A DNA stretch of 64,000 nt, taken from Eledone cirrhosa. Its lineage: Eukaryota. Location: positions 5,022,001-5,086,000 of the forward strand of contig OZ024746.1 of the NCBI GenBank assembly GCA_964016885.1, written 5' to 3'. The number at the start of each line of letters is the position of its first letter. The stretch's first letter is position 1. Shown piece by piece: positions 49,008 through 63,490 of the stretch. The notes under the pieces were generated by a model. That model worked only from the letters and a program-made list of their open reading frames with translations, did no database searches and was not told the origin of the DNA. Both the position numbers and the translations under genes were made by a program.

Positions 49008-49545
49008 GAGTCTAGGCGCGGAGAGAGTTTACCTGAGAGATAATGGAATAAGGTGATATAGTGGTACAGTCTAGGCTTGGAGAGTTTTTACCTGAGAGAT
49101 AATAGAGTAAGGTGGTGATATAGTGGTACAGTCTAGGCTTGGAGAGTTTTTACCTGAGAGATAATAGAGTAAGGTGGTGATATAGTGGCTACAGTCTAGG
49201 CTTGGAGAGTGTTTACCTGAGAGATAATGGAGTAAGGTGGTGATATAGTGGCTACAGTCTAGGCTTGGAGAGTGTTTACCTGAGAGATAATGGAGTAAGG
49301 TGGTGATATAGTGGCTACAGTCTAGGCTTAGAGAGTGTTTACCTGAGAGATAATGGAGTAAGGTGGTGATATAGTGGCTACAGTCTAGGCTTAGAGAGTG
49401 TTTACCTGAGAGATAATGGAATATGGTGATATATTGGTTACAGTCTAGGCTTAGAGAGTGTTTACCTGAGAGATAATGGAATACGGTGATATAGTGGCTA
49501 CAGTCTAGGCTTAGAGAGTGTTTACCTGAGAGATAATGGAATGAG
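49008..49545. repeat. 60-63-bp minisatellite, ~9 copies
   Basis: Unit agtctaggcttggagagtgtttacctgagagataatggagtaaggtggtgatatagtggctac. Confidence 0.95.
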
Positions 49546-50697
49546 GATGAGATATAATGGAAGAATCAACCACGTATTGAACTGGTACTTTATTTTTCGA
49601 CCACAAAACGATGAGAAGCAAGATTGAACACGGTAGCATTTGAACTCAGAGAGACGGAACAAACAATATACAAATCACTCTAACCAAGATTCGAACCCCC
49701 CCCCCCCCCCCCCGCGTCTCTGCCTTAAATGGTGCAACTTATATTTATTCTGTTCGTCTTTACAAAGATTAAGACCTTCAGCTGTCCAGCTCTCCTGAGG
49801 ATTTTTTCTCTGAAGACCTTCAGTTGTCCAGCTCTCCTGAGGGTTTCTTCCCCCATTCCTTCTATTACATAATTATTATATAATTCAGGGTTGTGGATTG
49901 ACAGGATGGTGGGTACGTCAAATAAAATTCATTGCAGTATTTCCTTAGGTCCCTTTACGTTCTCAGTACTAATCCCGCCAAGCTAAACTTTGTCTTTCAA
50001 CCTTACGGAGTCGATAAAGCAATGTACCAGTAAAGTACCGGGGTCGATTTAATCGACTTTCCCCTTCTTACAAATTAATGGCCTTTATGGCTAAATTAGA
50101 AACCATTATATTGTCCATTCATTCTAAGGTAGAATCGGTAGAACCTCTGACAATATGCTCTGCGGCATAGAGTTAGCTTTGCCTTTCATCCTTAAGGGGT
50201 CGATAAAATAAAGTACCAGTAATGCATTGAGATCGATTTAATCGACTGCCACTGCCCTCCAAATTACTGGCCTTGTGTCTAAATCAGAAACTATTATATA
50301 GTTCATTGTATGTTGTAAAGAGATGAAATAAATAAATAAATAACAATCCACTTTTCAATGGAGAATCTAAAGACTGCCTAATTATTTAATTGTATCCCTT
50401 AACTTTCTGAGTTCAATTTCTATGGAGGTTACTGTAACCTTTCATACTTCACCGTATAGATAAAATCAATATCCGTCAGATACTGATTCAATCAATAACA
50501 ACATTTGCCTACACATTGTCGGTCAGGTGTAGCGAGAAATCAATATGATTCTGTGTAATGTCCCCCCCCCCCCCACCTCCCTAAATTAGTTTAAACAACT
50601 GGCTAAAGGTGTTTCACTTAATTTACACTGTTAATATCCATCCACAATACAAGTATAAAGACATCTTGCTTTCTTCACCACTTATAAAGTTCACATC

Positions 50698-50752
<55 letters not shown>

Positions 50753-50756
50753 TATG

Positions 50757-50799
<43 letters not shown>

Positions 50800-50804
50800 T
50801 ATAT

Positions 50805-51509
50805 ATATGAATAAAGTTAGTCCTTCATCAGTGATCTTCCAACCATCATTGGTATTTCATCGCTTTAAAGACCATATACCTCCGGTTGGTGCGAGCAACG
50901 GCTAAAAAAAGTCGTTGGAACACGTAAATAAAGGAGACACGAGAGTGTAAACAAACAAAGATGGTGAAGCAACGAAAAGTGAGGAAGAAGGAGTCAAGTC
51001 CCAAATTTCCATGAATATAAGTTCGGTGAAATCGTGAACGAGAGAGAATAAAGACCATCAAACCTGGTTGGAATGTGAGCAAGGAAGGAATTCCGTACAG
51101 GTCTAACGGGAGGAAGAAGGAATCTAGTCTGTGAATTCGGTAAACATAAGTTCTGTGAAATCGTAGACGAGAGAGAGAAAAAAAAGGAAACCTGCCTGAC
51201 CAAGGGTGCGAAAGAAAAGAATTACGCACAGGTCAAACGGGAAGAAGGAGGAGGAGGAGAGGTAGTAACAGAGAGTGAGTGAGTGAAGGGTGAGGAAGAG
51301 GCTAACAGAGAGAGTGACTGTTAGAGAGGGTAAAGATACAGAGAAAGAGGAAGCAGTAAGAACGAAATAGACGGGTCACAGCGAGGGAAAAATATGTGTA
51401 AATATGAGAATAAACGTGCTGCGTGGTTGCTAATGGGTTACATATGAATAAAGTTAGTCCTTCATCAGTGATCTTCCAACCATCATTGGTATTTCATCGC
51501 TTTAAAGAC
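50805..51509. mobile_element. Unclassified element with identical 68-bp terminal direct repeats in (TA)n
   Basis: 50805-50872 matches 51442-51509; two diverged ~130-bp internal subrepeats. Confidence 0.6.
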
Positions 51510-51568
51510 TATATATATATATATATATAAAGAAGAAATTAAAAGATGGTTAAAAACGTTCCATATAT

Positions 51569-51634
51569 TTTTATTATGCGCATTTCGAAAACAACATCAT
51601 CCTGGGACAAAAATTGTGTTCTCATCAGATAAAA
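51569..51634 (-). ncRNA. Candidate minimal type-I hammerhead ribozyme with intact core
   Basis: Minus strand: TTTTAT-CTGATGA-gaacac..gttttc-GAAA-T-GCGC-A-TA-ATAAAA; 6-bp stem I, AUA cleavage triplet, palindromic GCGC loop. Confidence 0.7.
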
Positions 51635-52061
51635 TAAGGTAACATGATATGAGGCCTAAAAACACTTGTCAACAAGAAAGTGTCAAGTTTACATATGACA
51701 GAAATATACAAGAACAATGATAGGAAAATAGAAGAAAAGGAGAGAAGAAGGAGAAAAGGAAGCAGTATTGAAAAATAACACAACTGGACACAACTAATAA
51801 TATTTCTATCGAGTTTCTTTGCATTGAAAAAGTGACAAAGAAAACTCTGCGTTAATTCCCACTTCAGTGAAAATACAGTGTCCTGCTTTATTGGTCAAAT
51901 ATTTAAATATTTTGTAATACGTGCCAAAATATATTCTTACTTTCATTAAATACCTGGGCATTGCCGGGTACCTCTGCCAGTATAGTTATAAAAGTTACTT
52001 TATTTCATATAATCCATACGACATCCTACATTACTCTTTCACTCTTATACATTTCAATTCT

Positions 52062-52173
<112 letters not shown>

Positions 52174-54427
52174 TTCAAAATATTTTGGAAATTTTGTAAC
52201 AAACTTTTTAGCCAGATGAATAATCCGTTTATAACGTCATGTAATTAGCGTATATTTAATACTGATATAACAAATATTGAAAAAAAAAGCAAAGATCCTG
52301 GCGTATTACTCTTTTCAAAGATTTCTGTTATGACGTTATAATGATTACATTTCCATAACAAAAACCTGGACTTTTTTATTTTCATTTCATATCTTTAAAG
52401 ATTTAACCAATACCAAACACTATGAGTTATTTAAACTGTGTCTTGTTTATTTAAGACAGCTTAGAGATATTTCATCGAACTGTATAGTAGATACATAACG
52501 AAGTCTATAACAAACATTAAACATATTTTAAACATTCTGTGTGAAATACATGGATATTTTAATAACCAAATCGTATGATATCCTGGTAAGATTGTCTTTT
52601 ACTATATATATATACTGTTCTTTTACCCTGAATCTTACCTTCCATATATGTTTTAGAAATACCTGTATGTGAACGTTTTACCTAGTCAATGGACTTCAGG
52701 ACTTTGTTTTGCTGATTCATATTATAGGGACTAGTGAAGTCCCACTACTGCCAAAATGCTGCTTGCGAGAGTTAAGGGAGAGAGAATGTGAGAGAGATGT
52801 AGAGGTAAGGTGTAGAGATGATAGCTACTGGATGAGAAAGATAAAAGGGATGGCATGAAATCCGAAGTGGTTGAATGGTGTCTTGGTTGTGAGGTGAAAT
52901 CTGGGAACATGGGATGTTTATAGATAAAGTAAGAAACTGAATATGGTTGGTGGTATACTTACTATATTGAAGTATTTGATAGTAAATAATTTATGAAGTT
53001 TCCATAATTGATTGTATAAATAATGAAAGAAAAGGATGAAGGGGTAAAGAAGGGCAGATCTGGCTGTAGAGGAAAGTAAAGGACTATAAATGCCATAGAT
53101 GAGGAGAAAAGGGGGGGGGGAGCAAGGACTATTAGGACACGGAATAAAGAGAGGGGGCGGGGAGAGGGTAACAGGATGTACACCTAGGCCAAGGAGGTGA
53201 AGTATTAGCACAGCCACACTGATATCACAAGAAAGAAATAACCGCAAAGAAAATTGTGATGGTGGAGTGGTGGTGGTGGTGGTAGTGGTGGTAGGAGTGG
53301 TGGTGGTGGTAGTGTGACCGTCAGGAAGATAACGATGGTAGACAAACGCACATAACACATTCTCGCTCTCCCCCTCTCTCTCTCTCTCTCCCCCCTCTCT
53401 CTCCCTCTCTATCCCCCTCTCTCACACACAATACACATCTGTGATGACAAAAAAAAAAAGAAAATATATTTAATAAAACATCTGTACTGTGAAGTGAAAG
53501 TGTTTTCAATTTTAAAGTAATCGGTACTTAGTAACTGATGGAGCTTTTTTTGTTAAAACTCTTCAGAATGTCGAGTTATAATGAATGAAAGACGAAATAT
53601 GATAGATCTGAGTTAAAACGGTGACGGTGCTAACGTCAAAACAATACAACACCATTGGACATACACGCGAGAGAAAACAAATCAATATAAAGTAAGCGTT
53701 AATGGATTTACAACCGTCAATAACCATGAAGATGAAAAACTATTAAAAACGTTAACCTTTTATGAACTAAATGACAATAATAATTCTTAAACGCATTAGT
53801 TGAAATATACACTGACCTGAAGTTATGTTAGCAATGTAGGAAGATGAAGAAATTTATATGATTTAAATTTTTTTTGGATGTAATTCGGATTTTTTTCTTA
53901 CTGGTGTTTTATCAAAAAGAATAAGGTACTTTTCCACGGTGCAAATATTGCAGTATTATTATTCCTCTCATAAGAGGGGCTGATTGGTAGAATCGTTAGG
54001 ACATCGATTTAAATGTTTTTGTATTATTTAGTTGCGGTTCTTTATCTTCTGAGTTCAATTCCCGTCCAGGTCAACTTTGCCTTTTGAGGTAGATAAAATA
54101 AAGTACCAGTCAAGTACTGGGTCAATGCAATCAACTTCCCCTCCCCCCCAAATTGTGGGCCATATGCCTAAATTAGAAGCTATCCTTATTCCCCTTATAA
54201 CATTCTTATGTATATATATGAAAAGAAGTTGAAAAATGCAGTTGCAGTCTAAGAAGATTTATTTACAATAAATTTACCGGTTGCACAGTTATATGATTTT
54301 AAGCATTTTACGACATAGCTACACATCTCTCCATCTTACTCAAATTTTGAAAATTATCTAACAGTGAAACTCCATTTGCATTTTCAACTTATTTTCCCGA
54401 AATTTTTAACCGTGTAGGATATACAAA

Positions 54428-54492
<65 letters not shown>

Positions 54493-54824
54493 AGCAAATA
54501 TATAATGATAAATGAAATACAATGAAATATTCATGTAAATAGCGATAATGATAAATAGTGAACGATTTTGTGTTTCTGAAGTGAAACTGAAAACTACTTA
54601 TAATGACAAAAAGGCAATAAGAAAAGGTAAATTAATGATAGGGGAACAACAAAAATCCTATTTCATAATATTTCTCTGAAAGGGGAATAAAGTAGTCTCA
54701 GAGTCAGGAAAAGAGAAAGAAGGAAAGTCTAAAGCAATTATTATAATCAGATGTTGAGTAATTTTGGTTAACTTTTTATAAATATCTGCAGGTTAGCTTC
54801 AGTGAAAACATAAATATCACTAAC

Positions 54825-56159
54825 CCTACCACTACAACACCACCACTGCAGACCACGCTACCACCACATACAACACCACCACTGCTACCACTAAAACATC
54901 ACCACTGCAGACCCCATCACCACCCCCACCACAGCTACCACTACAACACCTCCACTGCAGACCCCACCACCACCCCACCACCACCCCACCACAGCTACCA
55001 CTATAACACCACCACTGCAGACCCCACCACCACCCCACCACAGCTACCACTACAACACCACCACTGCAGACCCCACCACCACCCCACCACAGCTACCACT
55101 ACAACACCACCACTGCAGACCCCACCACCACCCCACCACAGCTACCACTACAACACCACCACTGCAGACCCCACCACCACCCCACCACAGCTACCACTAT
55201 AACACCACCACTGCAGACCCCACCACCACCCCACCACAGCTACCACTATAACACCACCACTGCAGACCCCACCACCACCCCACCACAGCTACCACTACAA
55301 CACCACCACTGCAGACCCCACCACCACCCCACCACAGCTACCACTACAACACCACCACTGCAGACCCCACCACCACCCCCACCACAGCTACCACTACAAC
55401 ACCACCACTGCAGACCCCACCACCACCCCACCACAGCTACCACTACAACACCACCACTGCAGACCCCACCACCACCCACCACAGCTACCACTACAACACC
55501 ACCACTGCAGACCCCACCACCACCCCACCACAGCTACCACTACAACACCACCACTGCAGACCCCACCACCACCCCACCACAGCTACCACTATAACACCAC
55601 CACTGCAGACCCCACCACCACCCCACCACAGCTACCACTACAACACCACCACTGCAGACCCCACCACCACCCACCACAGCTACCACTACAACACCACCAC
55701 TGCAGACCCCACCACCACCCCACCACAGCTACCACTACAACACCACCACTGCAGACCCCACCACCACCCCACCACAGCTACCACTACAATACCACCACTG
55801 CAGACCCCACCACCACCCACCACAGCTACCACTACAACACCACCACTGCAGACCCCACCACCACCCCACCACAGCTACCACTACAATACCACCACTGCAG
55901 ACCCCACCACCACCACCCCACCACAGCTACCACTACAATACCACCACTGCAGACCCCACCACCCCACCACAGCTACCACTGCAGACCCCACCACCACCCC
56001 ACCACAGCTACCACTACAACACCACCACTGCATACCCCGCCACCACCACCTACAACACTACCACTGCTACCACTACAGCACCACCACCACATACACCCCC
56101 ACCCCCCACCACAGTTACCACTACAACACCACCACTGCAGACCCCGCCACCACCACCAC

Positions 56160-56160
<1 letters not shown>
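54825..56160. repeat. ~49-bp C/A-rich minisatellite
   Basis: Unit accactacaacaccaccactgcagaccccaccaccaccccaccacagct. Confidence 0.95.
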
Positions 56161-57128
<968 letters not shown>

Positions 57129-57599
57129 ATATAAACAAAATGAAAATATTGAGGAGGGAGACCTGAGAAAATGTGGGAATACGGAGAAGTCTGCCGAAAG
57201 AATGTCACATCAAATAGATTTATTGATTAACATATTTTATTATAAGGACAGAAATAAACCTGAAATTAATAATGATTCATTGAAGCCGGAATTCTTTGGA
57301 GAAAAATAAGTAAATACACATATAGCCACTACCACATGACCACATGTATATGTGTATCTATGTATGTGTGTGTGTGTGTATGTATGTATGTGTGTGTGTA
57401 TATATGTATGTGTGTATGTTATCTCTCTCAATTTCGAGTATATTTTTTTGACCGGCCACCTTCCTGGTGGCAAGGTTGTAAAAGAGAAGAAATTGTCATC
57501 CCTTGAATCGCAAGTATGTTTTGCAAATTTTGAAGGTACCAGCTATCGCAACCATTTGTAGACTATGAATTAGGGAGCTGCGCTCTTTGTCCGCAAATC

Positions 57600-58090
57600 C
57601 AAGTTCAGTCATACTTTGGCCCAAGCGGGTTGGTATATAACCCGTAGCTCCTATAATGATGGGTATGAAGCTTTTGGGTATGAAGCTTTAGGTGTATCTT
57701 GGATACTGGATTTGCAAACTCCTCATCAATGGTCCGTAGATGTCCTCCTTCTCCTGTATTTTGCTGACAACATTTACATCAAGTGGGCAGTTGATCTCCA
57801 CAACAGAACACGTTTTCAATGTGTGGTCCCAAACAACAATATCTGGCCGGTTGTGCTTTAATTTGGTGGCAGTTTTTATTTTCAGGTTCCACCAGTATTC
57901 CTTAGTGCCATCTGTCTCAATATATTCTTCCTCGTTTGTTGTTAATTTTGTTTTCCGAAGTGCGTTCCAGATGGTTCTAGCTATCCCATTGTGTCTGATG
58001 GGGAGGTAGTAGCGAGATGACATTTTTTCGCAACTGGCAGCAATGTGGCTTACATCCTCGATCTTTGTTTTCCATAGCCTACATTTATTG
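57600..58090 (-). mobile_element. R4/Dong-like non-LTR retrotransposon remnant (zinc knuckle plus restriction-like endonuclease)
   Basis: CRL..EDVSHIAASC..YYLPIRHNGIA..WWNLKIKT..HNRPDIVVWD..VEINCP..EKEDIY; abuts (TACA)n/(CA)n. Confidence 0.85.
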
Positions 58091-58160
58091 TATGTATGTA
58101 TGTATGTATGTATGTATGTATGTATGTATGTATGTATGTATGTATGTATGTATGTATGTA

Positions 58161-58243
<83 letters not shown>

Positions 58244-59034
58244 ATGTATGTATGTATGTATGTGTGTGTGTATGTAAGGGCGGAAGGACTCATAAGAGTC
58301 AACGGCCATCCAAAAGTGTGTAAATATGTATATACACATGTACATGTGTATATATATGTATATGTGTATATACATGGGTGCATGTGTATGTATATCCGCG
58401 GGGACATAGAAATAGTCGGGCTGGACACCCGATCGCGCAGTTGTACCACTGAGAGTGAAGGACCCCTAACCTTTGTCAGGGCATTCTTCTAGGAGAAGGC
58501 AACTCAGGAAACTGGGATAACTCTGATATAAAACCTGCGGCTCAGTAGTTACCGATCATGTTGATCTTTTCTTCTTATCGGGTTATACTGTCGCTCAGAG
58601 AGTGGGATTGGCTCAGTGCGCAGTCTTTGCTCACTTTAAAAAATATCTTCACGCACAGGCATTGCACGATAGAATTAATTAATTAATTATTAATAATGTT
58701 ATATCGTGCAATAGCCATACGCGATAAAGAGGGGGCAGCCATCATCATGTATGTATGTATCTATGTATGAAGATTAAGCCAGTATTAAACTAGTAAGACC
58801 ATTCTTCAACAGAGTACTCAATACTTGGGATAGTAAAGTTCGACTATATTAGAAAAAGTTGATGCTGAACTCTTGTTTCGACAGCTGGTTCCAGCAATAT
58901 ATATTTATGTATACATATATGTATACATATACATATACGTATGTATGGATATATATATATTTGTTGTAGGGTTGCTTAGATGCGTCCATAGGCGGTATGC
59001 CGGTTGAGCACTCTATGCTCCTTCGTTTTCTATA

Positions 59035-59069
<35 letters not shown>

Positions 59070-59168
59070 TGCTAATAGAACACTGCTGGGTTATATCCGT
59101 AGTAGTTGAGCCCTCAGTCCATGGGACGAGTTTTGTAGAAGTAGTGCTACGTACAACCCCATTTAAAC

Positions 59169-59209
59169 CGAGATCTGATGAACCACATGAGGTGAAACAA
59201 TTGTTCTCG
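59169..59209 (+). ncRNA. Candidate minimal hammerhead ribozyme (stem I distorted)
   Basis: cgagat-CTGATGA-ACC-acatga-GGT-GAAA-C-AATT-G-TT-ctcg; inside a TA-flanked fold-back element (~59070-59245). Confidence 0.55.
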
Positions 59210-59504
59210 ATAATGGTGATTTGACTGTTGTGGAACTACTACTAATATATATATGGGAGGAGGTTATAGTTCACTTGAAGCATTGTGTAATGAGGTATAA
59301 ACGTTTGTATATGTATAATAAAGCCAAAACAATGCAGGTATGGACATAGAATAAAGAATGCAAATGCAAAAGATATTGTTGACAATTAGTCTTTTACCTT
59401 AGATTTATTTAAATGTCCTTAATTTTCGAGATAATATCTCTTCTTCGGAGGGAAGTAAAGCGGTTAAACCAGTGTTCTAAATAGCTTGCCAAGTCATGCT
59501 GACA

Positions 59505-59583
<79 letters not shown>

Positions 59584-59908
59584 GATTGGTGCTCTGAAAT
59601 AGCGATGTATACATGGATGTATGTATAGTATATTTGGCAATATACCACATGTTTAATTAAAAACATTTAGAAGACCATACGCTATCGGTTTTAAAGTAGT
59701 GACTATGTCACATACTTATTTTCGGCGAAAGAAGGGAAAGAAGCTAAAAGTCTGTTTCACGCTGGTTGGCGATCATCAGAGCCACGTACTGCCCTGCTTC
59801 CGCCGAAAATTATAGAAGCTGGATTCTTATAGAATTCCAGTAATAATCAGGAGCTGATTATACAGAGCGATTGCCGGTCGAGCAAAAAGTAGGTATTAGT
59901 ATTGGTGC

Positions 59909-59940
<32 letters not shown>

Positions 59941-60165
59941 AGTGTGGGATAACTTAATGTAATGAATCAAAAATAATATTAAATAAACTTAAATTATATT
60001 CGTAATAAAATAAGAAAAGAAAATTGAGAATTCTTGTTAAGAAAGACAAGGAACACAACTCTAAAATCCAAGTTGAATAATTATTATTGAATGGAAAGAA
60101 GTGGGAAGTACATATATGGTGAAATATCCAGACAATTGTGTAATGTTGGTAAATAGGTAGATATT

Positions 60166-60264
60166 CAGGGTGTCCCCCAAAAATGTATACATGCGATGAT
60201 TATCTGTACAGGTAATATTTATTAGAATGCTGTTGAAGTGTGTATACATTTTTGGGACACCCTG
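60166..60264. mobile_element. Tc1/mariner-type MITE (~100 bp)
   Basis: cagggtgtcccccaaaaatgtataca ... tgtatacatttttgggacaccctg-TA. Confidence 0.8.
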
Positions 60265-60653
60265 TATATTGGAAACACCGTTTCAGAGATACCTGACAGA
60301 AAACCTCATATTAACATGATCAACAATATTCAGTTTATATAATCGAATTTACTGTCTTGGTTCAGTATTCAGGGAAATCATCTTAGTCGAGTGACTTCTA
60401 ATGCTAAACTTACATATATACTCTGATATCTGGACAAAAGATTGATTATTTAGAAGAAGGGAAGAACCTAAAATTTTGTCCTTCCCAAAGATAATAACAA
60501 GTCTACTTCGTTGATTTAAGATAGTGCAGAGTTGTTGATTTAGTTGATAGTACAGAGAATAGACTCGAATGTTTCGAGACTTTGAATCGGAAAATCTACA
60601 ATATATTGTAGAGCCCAAAACATAAAATTGAAAATATATTGTTATATAAGCAT

Positions 60654-60782
<129 letters not shown>

Positions 60783-61443
60783 GAGAGAGAGATGTAAAAT
60801 CTCCTCCACATATGTCTGTACATATCTCCCCATGCATTGAGTACTTCCACGATTAGTGGCTTCAAGCTCGATCAACTTACAATTGCTGAAGCGTGGTAGG
60901 TATGGTTACATCCCTGACATGACCAAAACTAAACATGGGAAAGTTTGAGTTCAGTTTCAATTTCAAACGGCCCTTCAAATGGGATTCCTTTATGTTCCTT
61001 AGTTGTATTTTTTGCTGGTTTGAGATTTTCATTCTCTGCCCCTCTCTCTCTTTCTCTCTTTTTCTCTCTCGCTCTCCCATACATGCAATATACTGTGAGA
61101 CGAGCTAATCAACTCTACCCACCCATCAAACATTTGTGGCCTTGTGCCAATGTTAGAAATCAATAAATGCGAACTTCTTTCATTTATAAGGCAAGAATAT
61201 CATTATTGGTCTGAAAGTATTGACTAAATCCACGAGAACAGAGTGAACCCTATATTGCGTCTATTTCTGGTCCGGATATCAGAGTAAAATAAATGCAAGT
61301 TCAGCATCATATGTAAGGCGCCTAAGAGGATTTACACAAATACTTAAACAGAGCAGTAAAGTCGATTATATAAACCGTTTCTTGTTGATCGTGTTAAGAT
61401 GAAGATTTCTGCTGCCAGGTATTAACGAAACACCTTTACCCGC

Positions 61444-61520
<77 letters not shown>

Positions 61521-61525
61521 AAATA

Positions 61526-61567
<42 letters not shown>

Positions 61568-61840
61568 CACAGTCGGCATACACACGTCACGTACGTGTAC
61601 ACGCTCGACACACACAATACATTGCGCTACCCTCTCACTGTATATAAGATTGGCAAGAGACTACATGAAACCAAATTGTATTAGTAACCACTGCTTGTTG
61701 TGTTTTCATCTCACATTAAGTGATGCTGTTTAGTGTGGTACAGGAATATAAGAGTCTTATAAACTATTTGGATTCTTTGAGAGAAGTTTCTAATTGCTTA
61801 TGTTGAAGAACCACGTAAGAGCCACGCGGACTTCATTGTA

Positions 61841-61952
<112 letters not shown>

Positions 61953-61955
61953 TAC

Positions 61956-61986
<31 letters not shown>

Positions 61987-62164
61987 TGTTTGTAATACTA
62001 TCATCTCATCTCTCACCTAGGGCGGGTAAATTTCTCTCATTATCGCTGCCATGTCCTGCGTCTCCAAGAGACCAGTGTCTGTCCTTAGGGCATCAACATA
62101 TGTTAACCTCGGTCTTCCTCTTCCAGCTAACCCCAGTCTCCTCTGTATCACTTTCGAGCTGACT

Positions 62165-62620
62165 TTTGGGAGTTCCTCAGAGCAGGAGAGTTAAGGCGAA
62201 AAATATATCGGATGTTGCATTTGCCGACGACATAGTTTTGGTGACAAACACAGTGAAGGAGGCAGAAGATTTGATGCAGGAGGTGGAGACTGTGTCGATG
62301 AGTGTGGGGCTGAGAATGAATGAGATTAAGACAAAGTATCTGGTAGAGAATATTATGAAGCCAGAGAAGATTACTAATGTAGGCTGGAAGCTGCTAGAGT
62401 TGGTTGAGGACTTCCTGTATCTGGGAGCAAAGATTGGGAACACAGAGAATGATGTGATCGAGAGGAAGAGCAGAGCCTGCGCGGCGTGCCACAGCTTTGT
62501 AAAGACCTGAAGATCCGTCTTTTCGTTGCTGTAGTTGAGTCTGTGCTGCTGTACGGGTCTGAGACTTGGACACTGACCAAGAAACTCACACAGCTGGTGG
62601 ATGGGTGCTACATGAGAATG
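62165..62620 (+). mobile_element. RTE-clade LINE reverse transcriptase fragment
   Basis: ISDVAFADDIVL, VGLRMNEIKTK, VEDFLYLG, ESVLLYGSETWTLTK; frameshifted. Confidence 0.85.
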
Positions 62621-62901
62621 TAATACTATCTACAACTCAAAACAGAGAGAAAGGATGTCATTTTGACATTCATTACTCAGGATCGCTTTAAAAAAGCACA
62701 TTTCATTTTCTTTTCTTGTAATTTGGACCTTATTTTGGTAGTTTTATTACAGCGTTTCCAATCTGAATATCACCAAACTATCTTTGATACTACGACAACA
62801 AATCTATACCCTGATCAATGAAAACCAACAAGCTGAAGAATATATATATATATATATATTTATTTATATATTTATTTATATATTTGTGTGTGTGTGTGAT
62901 C

Positions 62902-63000
<99 letters not shown>

Positions 63001-63074
63001 TGTATTGGGTTGTAACATAAATTCCCGCCGCTGTTATGAAACCTCTTTATAAAAGAACACCGCGAATTGATGTT

Positions 63075-63122
<48 letters not shown>

Positions 63123-63313
63123 GTATGTATGTATTTATACATACACATACACACAGACACACACACACATAAAAATTCGAATGTACGTCTATGTAATCGG
63201 ATATTTGTATACGTATATTAATTACATTGCTATACATATGCGTATATACACGTATGCATACATATTGATTAAATTATATATATAGATATCTGTATATATG
63301 TATGTGAAAAAAA

Positions 63314-63490
63314 CCACAGACCCTCCATCTCAACTCTACTTTTGAAAAGCAGAAGAACTGCAAAACCGGTAAAGAAACCAAATAAATATATATATTTAAA
63401 AAAAAATAAGACTCCAGTTGCATTTTCGATTTCATCTTTTTTTCTTTATACTTTCACTCGTGTAGGACACCTCGGTTATTTTTCATTTAC
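63314..63490 (+). mobile_element. Single-arm copy of the 34775-35140 pseudo-LTR family; hammerhead G12 mutated
   Basis: Near-identical to 35004-35140 but has CTGC-AAAA-CCGG; TA-rich flanks. Confidence 0.7.

Noticed and set aside
50805-50872. Minus-strand GAAA...CTGATGA as a type-II hammerhead
   Set aside because: Stem III, the NUH site and stem II could not be formed.
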